From Minisyncoccota bacterium (GTDB lineage: Bacteria; Patescibacteriota; Minisyncoccia; Phycocordibacterales; PALSA-1337): a DNA stretch of 64,000 nucleotides. The notes under the pieces are model-generated. The model had not been told where the DNA came from. It ran no database searches and saw only the letters and a list, made by a program, of their open reading frames with translations. Position numbers and translations under genes: made by a program. The stretch covers positions 286,335 to 350,334 of the forward strand of contig JBAYFZ010000001.1 in assembly GCA_041666915.1 (NCBI GenBank). Reading direction: 5' to 3'. Positions within the stretch are counted from its first letter, which is position 1; each line of letters opens with the position of its first letter. Of the stretch, positions 17,733 to 27,049 are shown piece by piece.

Positions 17733-18419
17733 TTAGTAGTTCTTGCTGAGAACGATCAGCGGCGAGAGCGAAACGATCGCCTCGTTCGCGAACTTTTTGT
17801 TATTCGCAAAGTTGATCATTGTGAACACCGCCATGCCAGCGAGAGTTGCCACTGTCGGAGCGATTGCTCGCCTCGTGCAGGGGCTTTCTTCCGCCTCAGC
17901 ATCAGAATACAACGTTTTTTCATACGCCGCAATCTGATTTGGCATTGCTGGTTTGATCGCATAAATGCGACCGCCTTCGGCTTCCATCCGTGTCTCAATC
18001 ATCAAGTCAACCTTGAGCTGATAGCGGACAGACGATTCCCAGATCGTCTTGCGGCTCTCCATTGTGTCGGTGAGCACGAAAACGATTCCTTTCAGCGATC
18101 CCTTTGTAAACTTCTTGGAGACCGCTTTGATCTTGATGCCGGTGCCGGCTTCGACCGCCTTAGCCAGCGCGTCGACCTTCTTTTTTCCGACATCCGCAAG
18201 TCCGAAGACCTGATTTGGCAGATTGTGATTCTCCACCTCATCGAAGTCATAGACCGTGATGTCTTTGCACCCCATCTTGGCCAAGAGCCAGACGATGTAG
18301 GAGCCGGTTGCACCGACGCCGATCACCGTGATTGGTTTCTTGAAGTTTGACGGGGCGAAGATGTCGAGCTGTCGCCAGTAGTCAGGTTCGCTTGTCGGCT
18401 TATTTTTTGCGGCCGCCAT
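17733..18419 (-). CDS. ThiF/MoeB/E1-like adenylyltransferase (Ubl-activating enzyme-like)
   Basis: 228 aa; Rossmann ITVIGVGATGSYIVWLLAKMG...DFDEVENHNLPNQ typical of E1-like enzymes. Confidence 0.85.
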   Translation of the reverse strand: MAAAKNKPTSEPDYWRQLDIFAPSNFKKPITVIGVGATGSYIVWLLAKMGCKDITVYDFDEVENHNLPNQVFGLADVGKKKVDALAKAVEAGTGIKIKAVSKKFTKGSLKGIVFVLTDTMESRKTIWESSVRYQLKVDLMIETRMEAEGGRIYAIKPAMPNQIAAYEKTLYSDAEAEESPCTRRAIAPTVATLAGMAVFTMINFANNKKFANEAIVSLSPLIVLSKNY

Positions 18420-19260
18420 ATCCCCCTCCTTTCGAATGGAATGAACCGTTCTTGACCTTGGCCTTGATCTCGTCGGCGATCGTCTTGCGACGGGTATCGT
18501 CTCCGAGGTGCATAAGCCAGGGGCAGTCGGTGATCTTCACCTTCTGCGTATAGTCGAAGAAATCGAAGACGCACTTGCCTCCTCGAGTGAAGATGCCGCG
18601 AATGAAGAACGGATTATGAGCGAAGAGCTCCATCTGTTCATCGTCCTGGCCCGACGGCTCGGTCATGTCTCCCGGGTGCAGATGCCCCCAGAAAAGCATG
18701 GAGTTGAGGACCGACTTGTTCGCGGGGTCCTGCTTCAGCATGTCCGTGTAGAACTTGCCGATGCTCCCCTGATCGAATTCGCAGTGCGCTCCGCTCACCT
18801 GTTGGTTGAAGAGGAACACTTTGCCGATGAGATACCTGTCGCCGTCCAGTTTTTGAACGGTGCCAAGCCACCCCACCTCGTCATTGCCCGCAGCTTCCAT
18901 GATGTAGTGCGTATCGGTGTACGCCTCGAGAGACAGAAGAATGGTCGGGATTTGCATCTCGGTCATCACTTCGATCTTCGCTTCCGCCTCATGCGGAACC
19001 AACGGCTTTATTGCTTCTTCGGCAAAGCCTGGACCGGTGTAGATGTCAGACTGATTTTTCACGTTTTGCTCCTTTCTTGGTTTGTTGAAGTTCGCACTCT
19101 CGGACTCCGAAGCCGCCGTTCCCTTCCAGGAACTGGATGACGTACTCCGGTTCTCCCTGTGCCCATTCTTCGGGAGGTTTGAGGCGGGTGATACGACAGC
19201 GTTTACCGTCGTTGCCGGTATACCCCGATGTGCCGCGATTCGTGTAAACACAAACCACAC
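18400..19260 (-). CDS. JAB/MPN (JAMM) metallopeptidase; true start may be internal
   Basis: 286 aa; E...HLHPGDMTEPSGQDD = E / HxH-x7-S-x2-D JAMM motif; 20-nt overlap with the E1 gene. Confidence 0.75.
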   Translation of the reverse strand: MWFVFTRIAAHRGIPATTVNAVVSPASNLPKNGHRENRSTSSSSWKGTAASESESANFNKPRKEQNVKNQSDIYTGPGFAEEAIKPLVPHEAEAKIEVMTEMQIPTILLSLEAYTDTHYIMEAAGNDEVGWLGTVQKLDGDRYLIGKVFLFNQQVSGAHCEFDQGSIGKFYTDMLKQDPANKSVLNSMLFWGHLHPGDMTEPSGQDDEQMELFAHNPFFIRGIFTRGGKCVFDFFDYTQKVKITDCPWLMHLGDDTRRKTIADEIKAKVKNGSFHSKGGGYGGRKK

Positions 19261-19271
19261 CCATCTGGTAT

Positions 19272-20177
19272 TTATGATTCGGCGTTTTCATTCCGCTTAC
19301 CTCCCTTCTTCTTTTTGGCAACTGGCCAGTTGAATATTTCCGAATACGGACGATACTGATCTGAGCACTCATAGCTCTTGAGGTACTGGATGCATACCGA
19401 TACAGCTGCAGCGTATTTGTGCTCCGCAATCATGTGAGGCAGAACCTCTTGGATATTGCCGAGACAAGGCACGCCGTACGCTTCAATATGTGGATGGTGA
19501 TAGCCATCCGGGGTGCGAGTAAGATTCATCATTCTCACCGCCCCATCCTTGCCGACAGAATCGATCGCGATCTTGAACCGGCCAATGTCATAATCAACCT
19601 GTCGGTAGTTTATGAAAATGGGACCGGTATAAGCCACGATTTTTTTGCCGACAACCTCTAGTCGCTCGATGTCTGGATGCTTCATCAGTTGCTCAAATTC
19701 GTCACCGAACCGAGCAAGTGAAGCTTCATCAGTCCCAGCAACAACTTGTAGCTGTTGCTGTTTTTCTTCCAAGCGACGAAGGAAACCTACTAGCTGTTCT
19801 TGGCATTTCTCAATACCTGCACGCAACTTCGTAGTCTCCTGCTTCAGCTCGCGCACACGCTCGGCCTTGCGGTTGTAGCCGCAGAGCTCCATGTATTTGC
19901 GCTTCAGAATGTCTTGTGAGTTCGCTTTGGGTTTCCCTTTGGCGCTCGTATGACCGTTTTGGCTGAAATGTCCCAGATAGACGCCTTGGTAATCCGTTCG
20001 AACTTTCGTGACTTGGCTTTTGGCCACGCCGAGAATCTCGCAGAGTTCACCAAGGTCTTCCATTTGAACACCGACACATGCGTCACCGTTGATACGGAGA
20101 CGAGTGGTCTTGAGTCCAGCGAGACTTTCGCCTCGTAGACTCCGTTGCGGGAACGCAACAATGGTTCCAGTCTTCAT
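19272..20177 (-). CDS. E2 (UBC)-like ubiquitin-conjugating enzyme with N-terminal HTH/coiled-coil extension
   Basis: 301 aa; HHPHIEAYGVPCLGNI resembles the E2 HPN-x-G-x-C-L active-site motif, preceded by a beta-rich segment. Confidence 0.55.
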   Translation of the reverse strand: MKTGTIVAFPQRSLRGESLAGLKTTRLRINGDACVGVQMEDLGELCEILGVAKSQVTKVRTDYQGVYLGHFSQNGHTSAKGKPKANSQDILKRKYMELCGYNRKAERVRELKQETTKLRAGIEKCQEQLVGFLRRLEEKQQQLQVVAGTDEASLARFGDEFEQLMKHPDIERLEVVGKKIVAYTGPIFINYRQVDYDIGRFKIAIDSVGKDGAVRMMNLTRTPDGYHHPHIEAYGVPCLGNIQEVLPHMIAEHKYAAAVSVCIQYLKSYECSDQYRPYSEIFNWPVAKKKKGGKRNENAES

Positions 20178-20212
20178 TATTTGACCTCTTGACTTTCTTG
20201 ACGTGGTTTTGA

Positions 20213-20455
20213 CTAGTCCTTCAGGCAGACGTCAACCGCCCGAAGCACTTTTTGACCTTGCTCTCCATCCAGAGAGCCAACAAGGAAGGTAACGTTCAGA
20301 CCCTGAGCAAGCTCAAAGTTGTTACGTGTTGAAGCGACGACAAATTTTTGTCCGTCGTGCTCGCTTTGCTGATCTTTGACCCGCACCTTCCAGACCGGCT
20401 TGTCGCGAGAAGCATTTCTGCCCACCACGAATCCTGCATGGCGTTTATGGACCAT
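20213..20455 (-). CDS. hypothetical small protein upstream of the E2-like gene
   Basis: 80 aa ORF in the same GC-rich block and strand; an alternative overlapping ORF 20296-20556 looks spurious. Confidence 0.3.
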   Translation of the reverse strand: MVHKRHAGFVVGRNASRDKPVWKVRVKDQQSEHDGQKFVVASTRNNFELAQGLNVTFLVGSLDGEQGQKVLRAVDVCLKD

Positions 20456-20590
20456 ATGACTTGCTCCTTTGCTGGATAAACCAGCGATTTCAATGACCTT
20501 GCGGCAACGCGCCGCGTGTTCCTAAGGCAATCTTTCAGCCTATGGAATCTGAGCACAACCTAACATAATTAATAGGTTGTGTCAATAATC

Positions 20591-21469
20591 TTACAATGTC
20601 GAATTATAGGATTCCTTAATTAAATCAAAAAGATAATTTACGTCAGTATCGATATCAAATTTTACCATCCCACTATATCCCCATTCATTGCTAGTTATAT
20701 CTTTGACCATCTTCTGCTCATCGCTCGGATATTTTGGATCTCTAAGTAGCACCTGAATCCAAGTCTTTCTAAACTCAAATCTCGTGAAGCTTTTTGTGGT
20801 GCGGTAAGTAATACCAGTCTTTTGTCCGAGTTTTTCCTCAACAGACGCCAATTTCAGAATCAAATCACGGATTTCGTTAAACTTTTTCTGCATTTCCGGA
20901 GTCGTGATTCCAGTGTGATAGGAAAGATTGTATTCTTCTTTTCCCGTTTCAATAGATTGAGCTTTCTTCCCATTTGTCTTCTCTGGCATAGGACTATACT
21001 GAGGTTCTACATGTAGCACGTCTCCATCGTATAAAGTATAGGTTTTCAATTCAACATTAGACATTGTCTGGACCGCAGCTTTTATATATCTATCAAATCC
21101 CTGAGCAATTAAAATCACACGCGGCTGATCCCAGCTCACATGACCTTTATCACCAAGACGATCTTTTACCAGAAGTTCAAAATGCTTCTTATTTTTAAGT
21201 AACCAGTTCAAGTAAAACAAACCCTGAGCTAGCACTTCTTCGTTCTCTTTCCATTTATATTCGATAATGACCGGAGAATCGTTTTCATCAATACCAAGTG
21301 TATCAATCCTTCCGTCAGTAGTTTGGTATTCCTTTGCAAGAAATCTTACCCCGAGAATTTCCTCCAAATTTTCAGCAAAAAAATCACGAAGTTCAAATTC
21401 ATTTCCAAAACCATCACGTTTAAGACTGAGTTGGTTCGCCTTTCTTTGATTTATCTTAAATATCGGCAT
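20591..21469 (-). CDS. PD-(D/E)xK nuclease-like N-terminal domain protein with uncharacterised C-terminal domain
   Basis: 292 aa; GRIDTLGIDENDSPVIIEYKWKEN contains the D..E.K motif. Confidence 0.45.
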   Translation of the reverse strand: MPIFKINQRKANQLSLKRDGFGNEFELRDFFAENLEEILGVRFLAKEYQTTDGRIDTLGIDENDSPVIIEYKWKENEEVLAQGLFYLNWLLKNKKHFELLVKDRLGDKGHVSWDQPRVILIAQGFDRYIKAAVQTMSNVELKTYTLYDGDVLHVEPQYSPMPEKTNGKKAQSIETGKEEYNLSYHTGITTPEMQKKFNEIRDLILKLASVEEKLGQKTGITYRTTKSFTRFEFRKTWIQVLLRDPKYPSDEQKMVKDITSNEWGYSGMVKFDIDTDVNYLFDLIKESYNSTL

Positions 21470-21517
21470 TTCCTTTAATTAAAAGATAATACTACGAAAT
21501 AGAGGCGTTGTCCAGTT

Positions 21518-23278
21518 TTATAGCTCTGAATACTCGAAGCCGAGGAAAGGCTTTGCTCTTGTAAACTCAGCCTTCTTAACTTTTTCTATATCAAATTCAA
21601 AATCTTTTTGAATGCTTTCAAATTCATCCTTATTAATAGTTAGGATGTATTGGAATTGATGTTTTTTTGAAAGGTTGAAAAGATAATTGAGAGAACGAAC
21701 CATATCATCGCGACCAGTAGATGCAAAAATATTGTCATGTATGAGAAATTTAGGGTGTCTCTCAGAAGTGATTTTATTTACCATTAGCAATGTGTCGTAT
21801 ATGAATGTTTTTATCCGATTAATACCGGAGCTTCCATCCAATTTGATTCTATAATCAAATTCAACAAAACTAGCAGAAGATTCGTTAACATTAATTTGAA
21901 ACTGACAGTGCTTGTTCCCCGCTATATAGTCATGCATTTTCTTTAAATCATCTTCGAATGCAGATACTGTAGATTGTATTTTAAAGATTGTCTGCTCGAG
22001 TTCTTCAATTAAACCTTCCTTCTTCTTTTTAAGGGACTTCTGTTGGGATATTTTAGCCTGCAATATTTCATATGTTTGGGAAAGCTTCTCAAGCTCCATG
22101 TTTTTTTCTCGCTCAAGTTTAACGGCTTCTTTAATGCCATTTATGACTTCTTTTGCTTCCGTCTTGGAGTAGATTTTTGCTATTTCATTATCAATTCTTG
22201 AAATTTGTTCATCGACTGCAGTAATCTCAACATTAAGCTCCTTAAGTTTTTCACCCATTAGCGTATTCTGGAAATCGTCGACTTGTTTTTTAAATTCAAC
22301 AACCTGATCGAATGACTTCTGAACCATATCACCAAGCCCGGTCTTAAAATGATTGTATATGATTTGAACCTGTTTTGTATTTATTTTCTCAAGCTGTGGA
22401 AGAGATTTTATCTTTTTTACTAGATATTCCTTGCTTGCTTTTGTAGTCACTAACTTTTCAAGCTGAATTTGAAGATCGTTAAGGCGATCTTTCAGTTGCA
22501 CCATCCCCTCTGATGGATGTAACTCTTCGATGGCCAAATTAAGCTTTTCTATACTGTCCTTCAGCTCATTTATGTGAGAAGCAACCTCTTTTACCTCAAT
22601 TCCAGCATTTCTAAAGTCCTGCCTCAAATCTGCAGTAGTTTTAGATACATTTTTTAGATCTTGGGAAACCTTTTTTATTTTTTCGATAATATCTAAATTG
22701 ATTTGAAAAAGATAAAAATGTGGCTTTAGTAAATCCTCAAAGGAACTGACTGAAGAGCTCCGGTGTGGCTTCAAGATATCGCTATATAGGCTGTCTTCTT
22801 CTCTTATGAGAATTGATAGCAGGCTCCTGAAGGATGGCTTATCAGGATTGGTGTCATCAAGAAGGAGGTACGACAAATATTTCTTTGCTTCTTCAAGTTT
22901 ATCAAAGGTTTTTTCATCATCGTCGACAACAATAATAATTGGATCATTCTCGACTCGATTGCGTTTGATTGTAACTTTTCTGATTCGATTTTTAGACTCA
23001 ACTTCTATATCTAAGCATATGTATATTTTTGGATTGAGACTAATATCAGGTATTTTTGTGATTCTACTTTCATCTGCCCTTTTAAGAAAACAATAATTTA
23101 TAGCCTCGATAAGCAATGATTTACCCACACCATTCATCTTTTCTCGTTCTTTTTTATTTTCTATGTTCTCAGATTTTTCTCCAACAATAAAATTCAAGCC
23201 ACGGTCAAATTCTATGGATTTAAGTTCCTTTTTGTTGAATTCTTTTGGCTCAAATGATAATCGTCGAATTGTAATCAT
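21518..23278 (-). CDS. coiled-coil ABC/SMC-like ATPase (ABC-3C-type ATPase candidate)
   Basis: 586 aa; Walker A MNGVGKSLLIEAINY at N-terminus, long coiled coil, C-terminal PKFLIHDNIFASTGRD (Walker B/D-loop). Confidence 0.75.
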   Translation of the reverse strand: MITIRRLSFEPKEFNKKELKSIEFDRGLNFIVGEKSENIENKKEREKMNGVGKSLLIEAINYCFLKRADESRITKIPDISLNPKIYICLDIEVESKNRIRKVTIKRNRVENDPIIIVVDDDEKTFDKLEEAKKYLSYLLLDDTNPDKPSFRSLLSILIREEDSLYSDILKPHRSSSVSSFEDLLKPHFYLFQINLDIIEKIKKVSQDLKNVSKTTADLRQDFRNAGIEVKEVASHINELKDSIEKLNLAIEELHPSEGMVQLKDRLNDLQIQLEKLVTTKASKEYLVKKIKSLPQLEKINTKQVQIIYNHFKTGLGDMVQKSFDQVVEFKKQVDDFQNTLMGEKLKELNVEITAVDEQISRIDNEIAKIYSKTEAKEVINGIKEAVKLEREKNMELEKLSQTYEILQAKISQQKSLKKKKEGLIEELEQTIFKIQSTVSAFEDDLKKMHDYIAGNKHCQFQINVNESSASFVEFDYRIKLDGSSGINRIKTFIYDTLLMVNKITSERHPKFLIHDNIFASTGRDDMVRSLNYLFNLSKKHQFQYILTINKDEFESIQKDFEFDIEKVKKAEFTRAKPFLGFEYSEL

Positions 23279-23517
23279 TATTTTATGCGATAAATATATG
23301 GCTCATCAAAATCAATTAGTCCGTTCATGTACAAAAAAATTAGAGCATACATTGAATTACTATAATTAAATTGTCTACCACTTTGCTTCAAAATTTCATA
23401 GAGATCGAAAATAGAAATCCTTTCCTGGTTTTTCAACTCTTTCAAAACTAAATAACCAGCATATACGCTTGAGTCTTTTATATCCTGATCTTGTGATATT
23501 AAAATATTGCTTGTCAT
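23278..23517 (-). CDS. small helical protein, candidate ABC-3C middle component
   Basis: 79 aa; stop overlaps ATPase start (ATGA); size and position fit the middle-component role. Confidence 0.45.
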   Translation of the reverse strand: MTSNILISQDQDIKDSSVYAGYLVLKELKNQERISIFDLYEILKQSGRQFNYSNSMYALIFLYMNGLIDFDEPYIYRIK

Positions 23518-23521
23518 ATAT

Positions 23522-24061
23522 TTATTCGAGTGGGTTTGGAAAAACGTTACACTCTATCAGCTGCTTATACAAAAAATACTCGACAGCCTCAGAACTAAAA
23601 CTTTTTTCTGCACTATTTTCAAACTTATCTGCAAATAATTTACATAAGGAATTCAATGCGTCTACGGGATTGTTCTTCTTCTCAGAAAGTATTTGCAAGC
23701 TTAGATTCCTTAAATAACTGCAGAGTTCTTCGTAGGCAAATTCATCTATACCCGAATTGTTCTTAGCCTCATCGTATGAGCTCCGATATAGAACATGCAA
23801 ATTTCCGAATCTAGATTTAAGCGTGTCTTTATATTCAGCAAAACGCTCCTCAATTTTTTTGAAAAAATCCTTTGGGTAATCAATCAGATCGGGTGTAACA
23901 CCTCTTTCGCGAGCAATTTCAGGAATAAGATTAATCACCTGAAGCATTGTATTCACTTCATTCGCAAGCTTTACTTTATTCCCATATTCAACCTTATTGT
24001 CATTTCCAAAAATTATTGGTGACTGGCCGCCTATGGTTTTTTGATCAATATTTGTTGCCAT
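23522..24061 (-). CDS. hypothetical protein, candidate third component of the ABC-3C-like operon
   Basis: 179 aa, 4 nt upstream of the 79-aa gene, same strand. Confidence 0.4.
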   Translation of the reverse strand: MATNIDQKTIGGQSPIIFGNDNKVEYGNKVKLANEVNTMLQVINLIPEIARERGVTPDLIDYPKDFFKKIEERFAEYKDTLKSRFGNLHVLYRSSYDEAKNNSGIDEFAYEELCSYLRNLSLQILSEKKNNPVDALNSLCKLFADKFENSAEKSFSSEAVEYFLYKQLIECNVFPNPLE

Positions 24062-24214
24062 TAATATTTTACTGAGTTTCGATCGCCCATAACGTTTGGT
24101 GACTTATCACCCTTCGTCTTTTGGATTTTCTTAACCCAGTAAAAATGCATTGCAACACCTCCCAACGTCAGACCTATAATAAAGCTAATTGTGACATTTA
24201 AAGTGATTTCCATA
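24062..24214 (-). CDS. small single-TM protein (50 aa), first ORF of the operon (below the ORF-track cutoff)
   Basis: translation MEITLNVTISFIIGLTLGGVAMHFYWVKKIQKTKGDKSPNVMGDRNSVKY; its TAA overlaps the downstream ATG (TAATG). Confidence 0.3.
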
Positions 24215-24294
24215 TAAAAATAATTATAGCACTAATGGCGTGCAATGTTAACTTTTTATTCACCGACTCCCAGACTACTCAAAAGTAGTAATTC

Positions 24295-25056
24295 TTAGAT
24301 TTTTTGAAACACAAATAGATGCTCGTGCATTATTAGCAAAAAATTTGATTCCTTTGATTTTGTAACCCAGAATCCAGTAGCTTTACAGTTGAATTGTCTC
24401 TTTATGATGTCTTCTTTGAGAAGCAATCCTGATTTCAAAAAACGATCCATCACTTTGTATGCGAGTGGCTGGTACAATTTTTTTCGCCTCGTATCTCCCA
24501 TAAGGATTGCACAAAACTTGCCGGGTTTTAGAACCCTATAAAATTCTCTTGCAACTTTTTCCATCTCATCACAAAAGACATCAATATCACTAATGTTTGA
24601 TAGGTCGTCTACTAACTTTCCTTCACTGTACTTAATGATATCTACATATGGTGGATGAGTGAGTACGAAGTCTACAGTATTATCTTTTATTTTTGATAGG
24701 TTACGTGAATCCCACTTGAATCCTCTTTGCCACGCTTTATTATCAACCTTAAAATTTAGAGATTTCTTTGTACGATCAAGTGCTACTTGATTCACGTCAG
24801 AATAAATAATATTTCTATTCAGAATCCTTGCCTCAATTGCTGTAGTACCACCACCAATCATTGAATCAAGTAAAACATCACCTTCTTTTGAGTATCGAAG
24901 AATGAGATTTCGAGCTACTTCTGGGGACCAGTTACCCCGCCAATCTGATGTATGAGTTGCCCAATTACCACGACGAGGAAAAGCCCAGACCGTTGTACAT
25001 TCTAGTTCGAATTCTTCCGGGTGCAGTTTTAATTCTGTAGCTTTCTTTATTGCCAT
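24295..25056 (-). CDS. DNA methyltransferase (N6-adenine/N4-cytosine class), second MTase of the GATC R-M system
   Basis: 253 aa; motif I DSMIGGGTTAIEA and motif IV THPPY. Confidence 0.8.
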   Translation of the reverse strand: MAIKKATELKLHPEEFELECTTVWAFPRRGNWATHTSDWRGNWSPEVARNLILRYSKEGDVLLDSMIGGGTTAIEARILNRNIIYSDVNQVALDRTKKSLNFKVDNKAWQRGFKWDSRNLSKIKDNTVDFVLTHPPYVDIIKYSEGKLVDDLSNISDIDVFCDEMEKVAREFYRVLKPGKFCAILMGDTRRKKLYQPLAYKVMDRFLKSGLLLKEDIIKRQFNCKATGFWVTKSKESNFLLIMHEHLFVFQKI

Positions 25057-25062
25057 GGGTAT

Positions 25063-25920
25063 TTACCATTCTAGTTCATTTAGCGCACCGGATTCGAGCA
25101 TGTTTAGGTTGAATACATACTCGTTATGGTTATATGTTTCTTCAAGTGGTCTCTTGGTTGTGTTCCAGCCTAATCCATCAGTTATCCAGATGAAATCAAT
25201 ATCCTGAGACTTCAGTTCATCATTTAGACTTTTAAATTCTCCACAAACAGCTTTTAATTTTGAGCCACCGCCATTGTAAAAGTTTGCTTCAAATAATTTA
25301 AGCTTTTTATTGCTTGTATTATAAATTGCAAAATCAAAGCTTCTTTCTGACTTGTCTACTTTTATATCAAAACCCCATTTAGCCTTTATCGCACTAGGAC
25401 GTGCCTGTGCAAGACATTCATATCCATTTTTATTACAAAAATCAGTGAGAAATGTTCCTATTATTTCTTCCATCAGAGTACCGCCACGATTCTTACGACC
25501 ATTACTGTCGAGACCGACTTCTACGCCCATAACATAATCAACGAGATTCTTTATACCGTCTTTTTGAAATAGTTTTGCAAGACCTGATTTGCTTAGGAAT
25601 TCAAAATATTTGTCAGCATCCTTTTCTTTACCAGAAAAATCGAAGAATTCGGAGTTCTTTGTAGCCTTATCAAATATTTCTAGTTTGTTTTCTCTAACCG
25701 CTAATAGAACAGGTAGAGCTTTTATTATGTCTGGGTTTGAGCTATATAGTTTTACAAATTCCTCTTTTAAATTTTCCTTACCGAGCAGGTAGTTAAGCTT
25801 ATTTAGAGCTATCTCTAATTCTGAACTGTTAGAAAATACCTTGTTCCAATTGACGAAATAATCCCAAGTTTTAATTGAGCTTTTGAATGTTGTTATTAAG
25901 TTATTAAAATCTTTTTTCAT
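25063..25920 (-). CDS. type II restriction endonuclease, DpnII/MboI family (GATC-specific)
   Basis: 285 aa; lies between two MTase genes in MboI-like order; family assignment from recollection of DpnII-like sequences, not from a search. Confidence 0.6.
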   Translation of the reverse strand: MKKDFNNLITTFKSSIKTWDYFVNWNKVFSNSSELEIALNKLNYLLGKENLKEEFVKLYSSNPDIIKALPVLLAVRENKLEIFDKATKNSEFFDFSGKEKDADKYFEFLSKSGLAKLFQKDGIKNLVDYVMGVEVGLDSNGRKNRGGTLMEEIIGTFLTDFCNKNGYECLAQARPSAIKAKWGFDIKVDKSERSFDFAIYNTSNKKLKLFEANFYNGGGSKLKAVCGEFKSLNDELKSQDIDFIWITDGLGWNTTKRPLEETYNHNEYVFNLNMLESGALNELEW

Positions 25921-25922
25921 GT

Positions 25923-26879
25923 TTAGTAATTTGTTATGAGAACCTCGGTGATTTTTCCTCTACCTGATCCTTTTGAGTTAATGGCTCGGCCAGCCTCAAC
26001 CTTGTTAATTCGTATACCTTTGAAACCTGAATAAATCTTATTTATGAATGGCGTGTCTGAGTTCGAGAGCATTACGTAGCAACCTCGCTTATTCAATTCT
26101 AGGAACGTATCTCTGAGTTCTATTTGTTCTTTATCAAGGAATGATTCTGCTGTGTACGATGTGAACGATGCCGTCTTGCTTACTGGATAATATGGAGGAT
26201 CAAAGTATATAAAATCACCTTTTTTTGCAGTCTTGAGTACCGCTTTGTAATCTTGGTGCTTTATATCAATGTCCTGTAGTGCCTTGGAAACCTTTCTTAA
26301 ATTATCCTGATCGCAAATCAAAGGATTAGTATGTTTGCCGTAAGGGACATTAAATCCACCTTTACTATTCACTCTGTACATTCCATTGAAACAAGTTCGA
26401 TTCAAAAAGATAAATCTAGAAGCAACATCAACATCATTAAGTGTTTTCCAATCTAGCGCACGAATCTTCAAAAAATAATCTTTATCAATATCATGCTTCT
26501 TGAGTGCAACAATTAATTTCTCAACATCGTTTTTAATGACATTATAGGTTGTAACAAGCTCTTTATTTAAATCAGATAGGTATCCTTCTGCTGGAAGAAG
26601 GTCAAAAAACACAGCACCACCACCGACAAATGGTTCATAATATTTTCCTGTCTTAATATCAAACTTTTCTGGGGGATATAAATTTAATCCACGAAATTGT
26701 GCAAGTAACTGACGCTTGCCGCCCACCCACTTTATAAAAGGCTTTGGTTTTTCTGAAATAATTCTTGCAACATCGTCAAAAAGATTTGTTTTATCGGCAA
26801 GAAGAAACGCTCTATGTGCAAAAATAGCATTTACATCAAACTTTGATTGTATTTCCTTAATAGCTTGCTGTGTAGTCAT
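25923..26879 (-). CDS. Dam-family N6-adenine DNA methyltransferase (GATC)
   Basis: 318 aa; KWVGGKRQLL, EPFVGGGAVFF, NRTCFNGMYRVNSKGGFNVPYG, DPPY. Confidence 0.9.
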   Translation of the reverse strand: MTTQQAIKEIQSKFDVNAIFAHRAFLLADKTNLFDDVARIISEKPKPFIKWVGGKRQLLAQFRGLNLYPPEKFDIKTGKYYEPFVGGGAVFFDLLPAEGYLSDLNKELVTTYNVIKNDVEKLIVALKKHDIDKDYFLKIRALDWKTLNDVDVASRFIFLNRTCFNGMYRVNSKGGFNVPYGKHTNPLICDQDNLRKVSKALQDIDIKHQDYKAVLKTAKKGDFIYFDPPYYPVSKTASFTSYTAESFLDKEQIELRDTFLELNKRGCYVMLSNSDTPFINKIYSGFKGIRINKVEAGRAINSKGSGRGKITEVLITNY

Positions 26880-27049
26880 TGGTTATATTTTATCATTTAA
26901 TTTGTTTTTACTAAAGGCCTGCAAAAACCTGCTTACATAAGCCTTATTTATAAACACACACGAACATACCGGAAGCTTTTTGGGAAGTCTAGGCAACAAC
27001 AAAAAACCTAGTACTTTGTTAAGTTATAGGTTTTGTTGATTTATCTTGA

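Noticed and set aside
17364-18350. 328-aa plus-strand ORF; also 18508-19140 (+, 210 aa)
   Set aside because: Antisense to the E1-like and JAB genes in a 53 % GC block where long spurious ORFs are expected. Arg/Asp/Leu-rich with no motifs, whereas the minus-strand ORFs carry clear catalytic motifs.
20296-20556. 86-aa ORF overlapping the 80-aa ORF
   Set aside because: Low-complexity Arg/Leu/Ser translation. The overlapping 20213-20455 frame looks more protein-like, though still low confidence.
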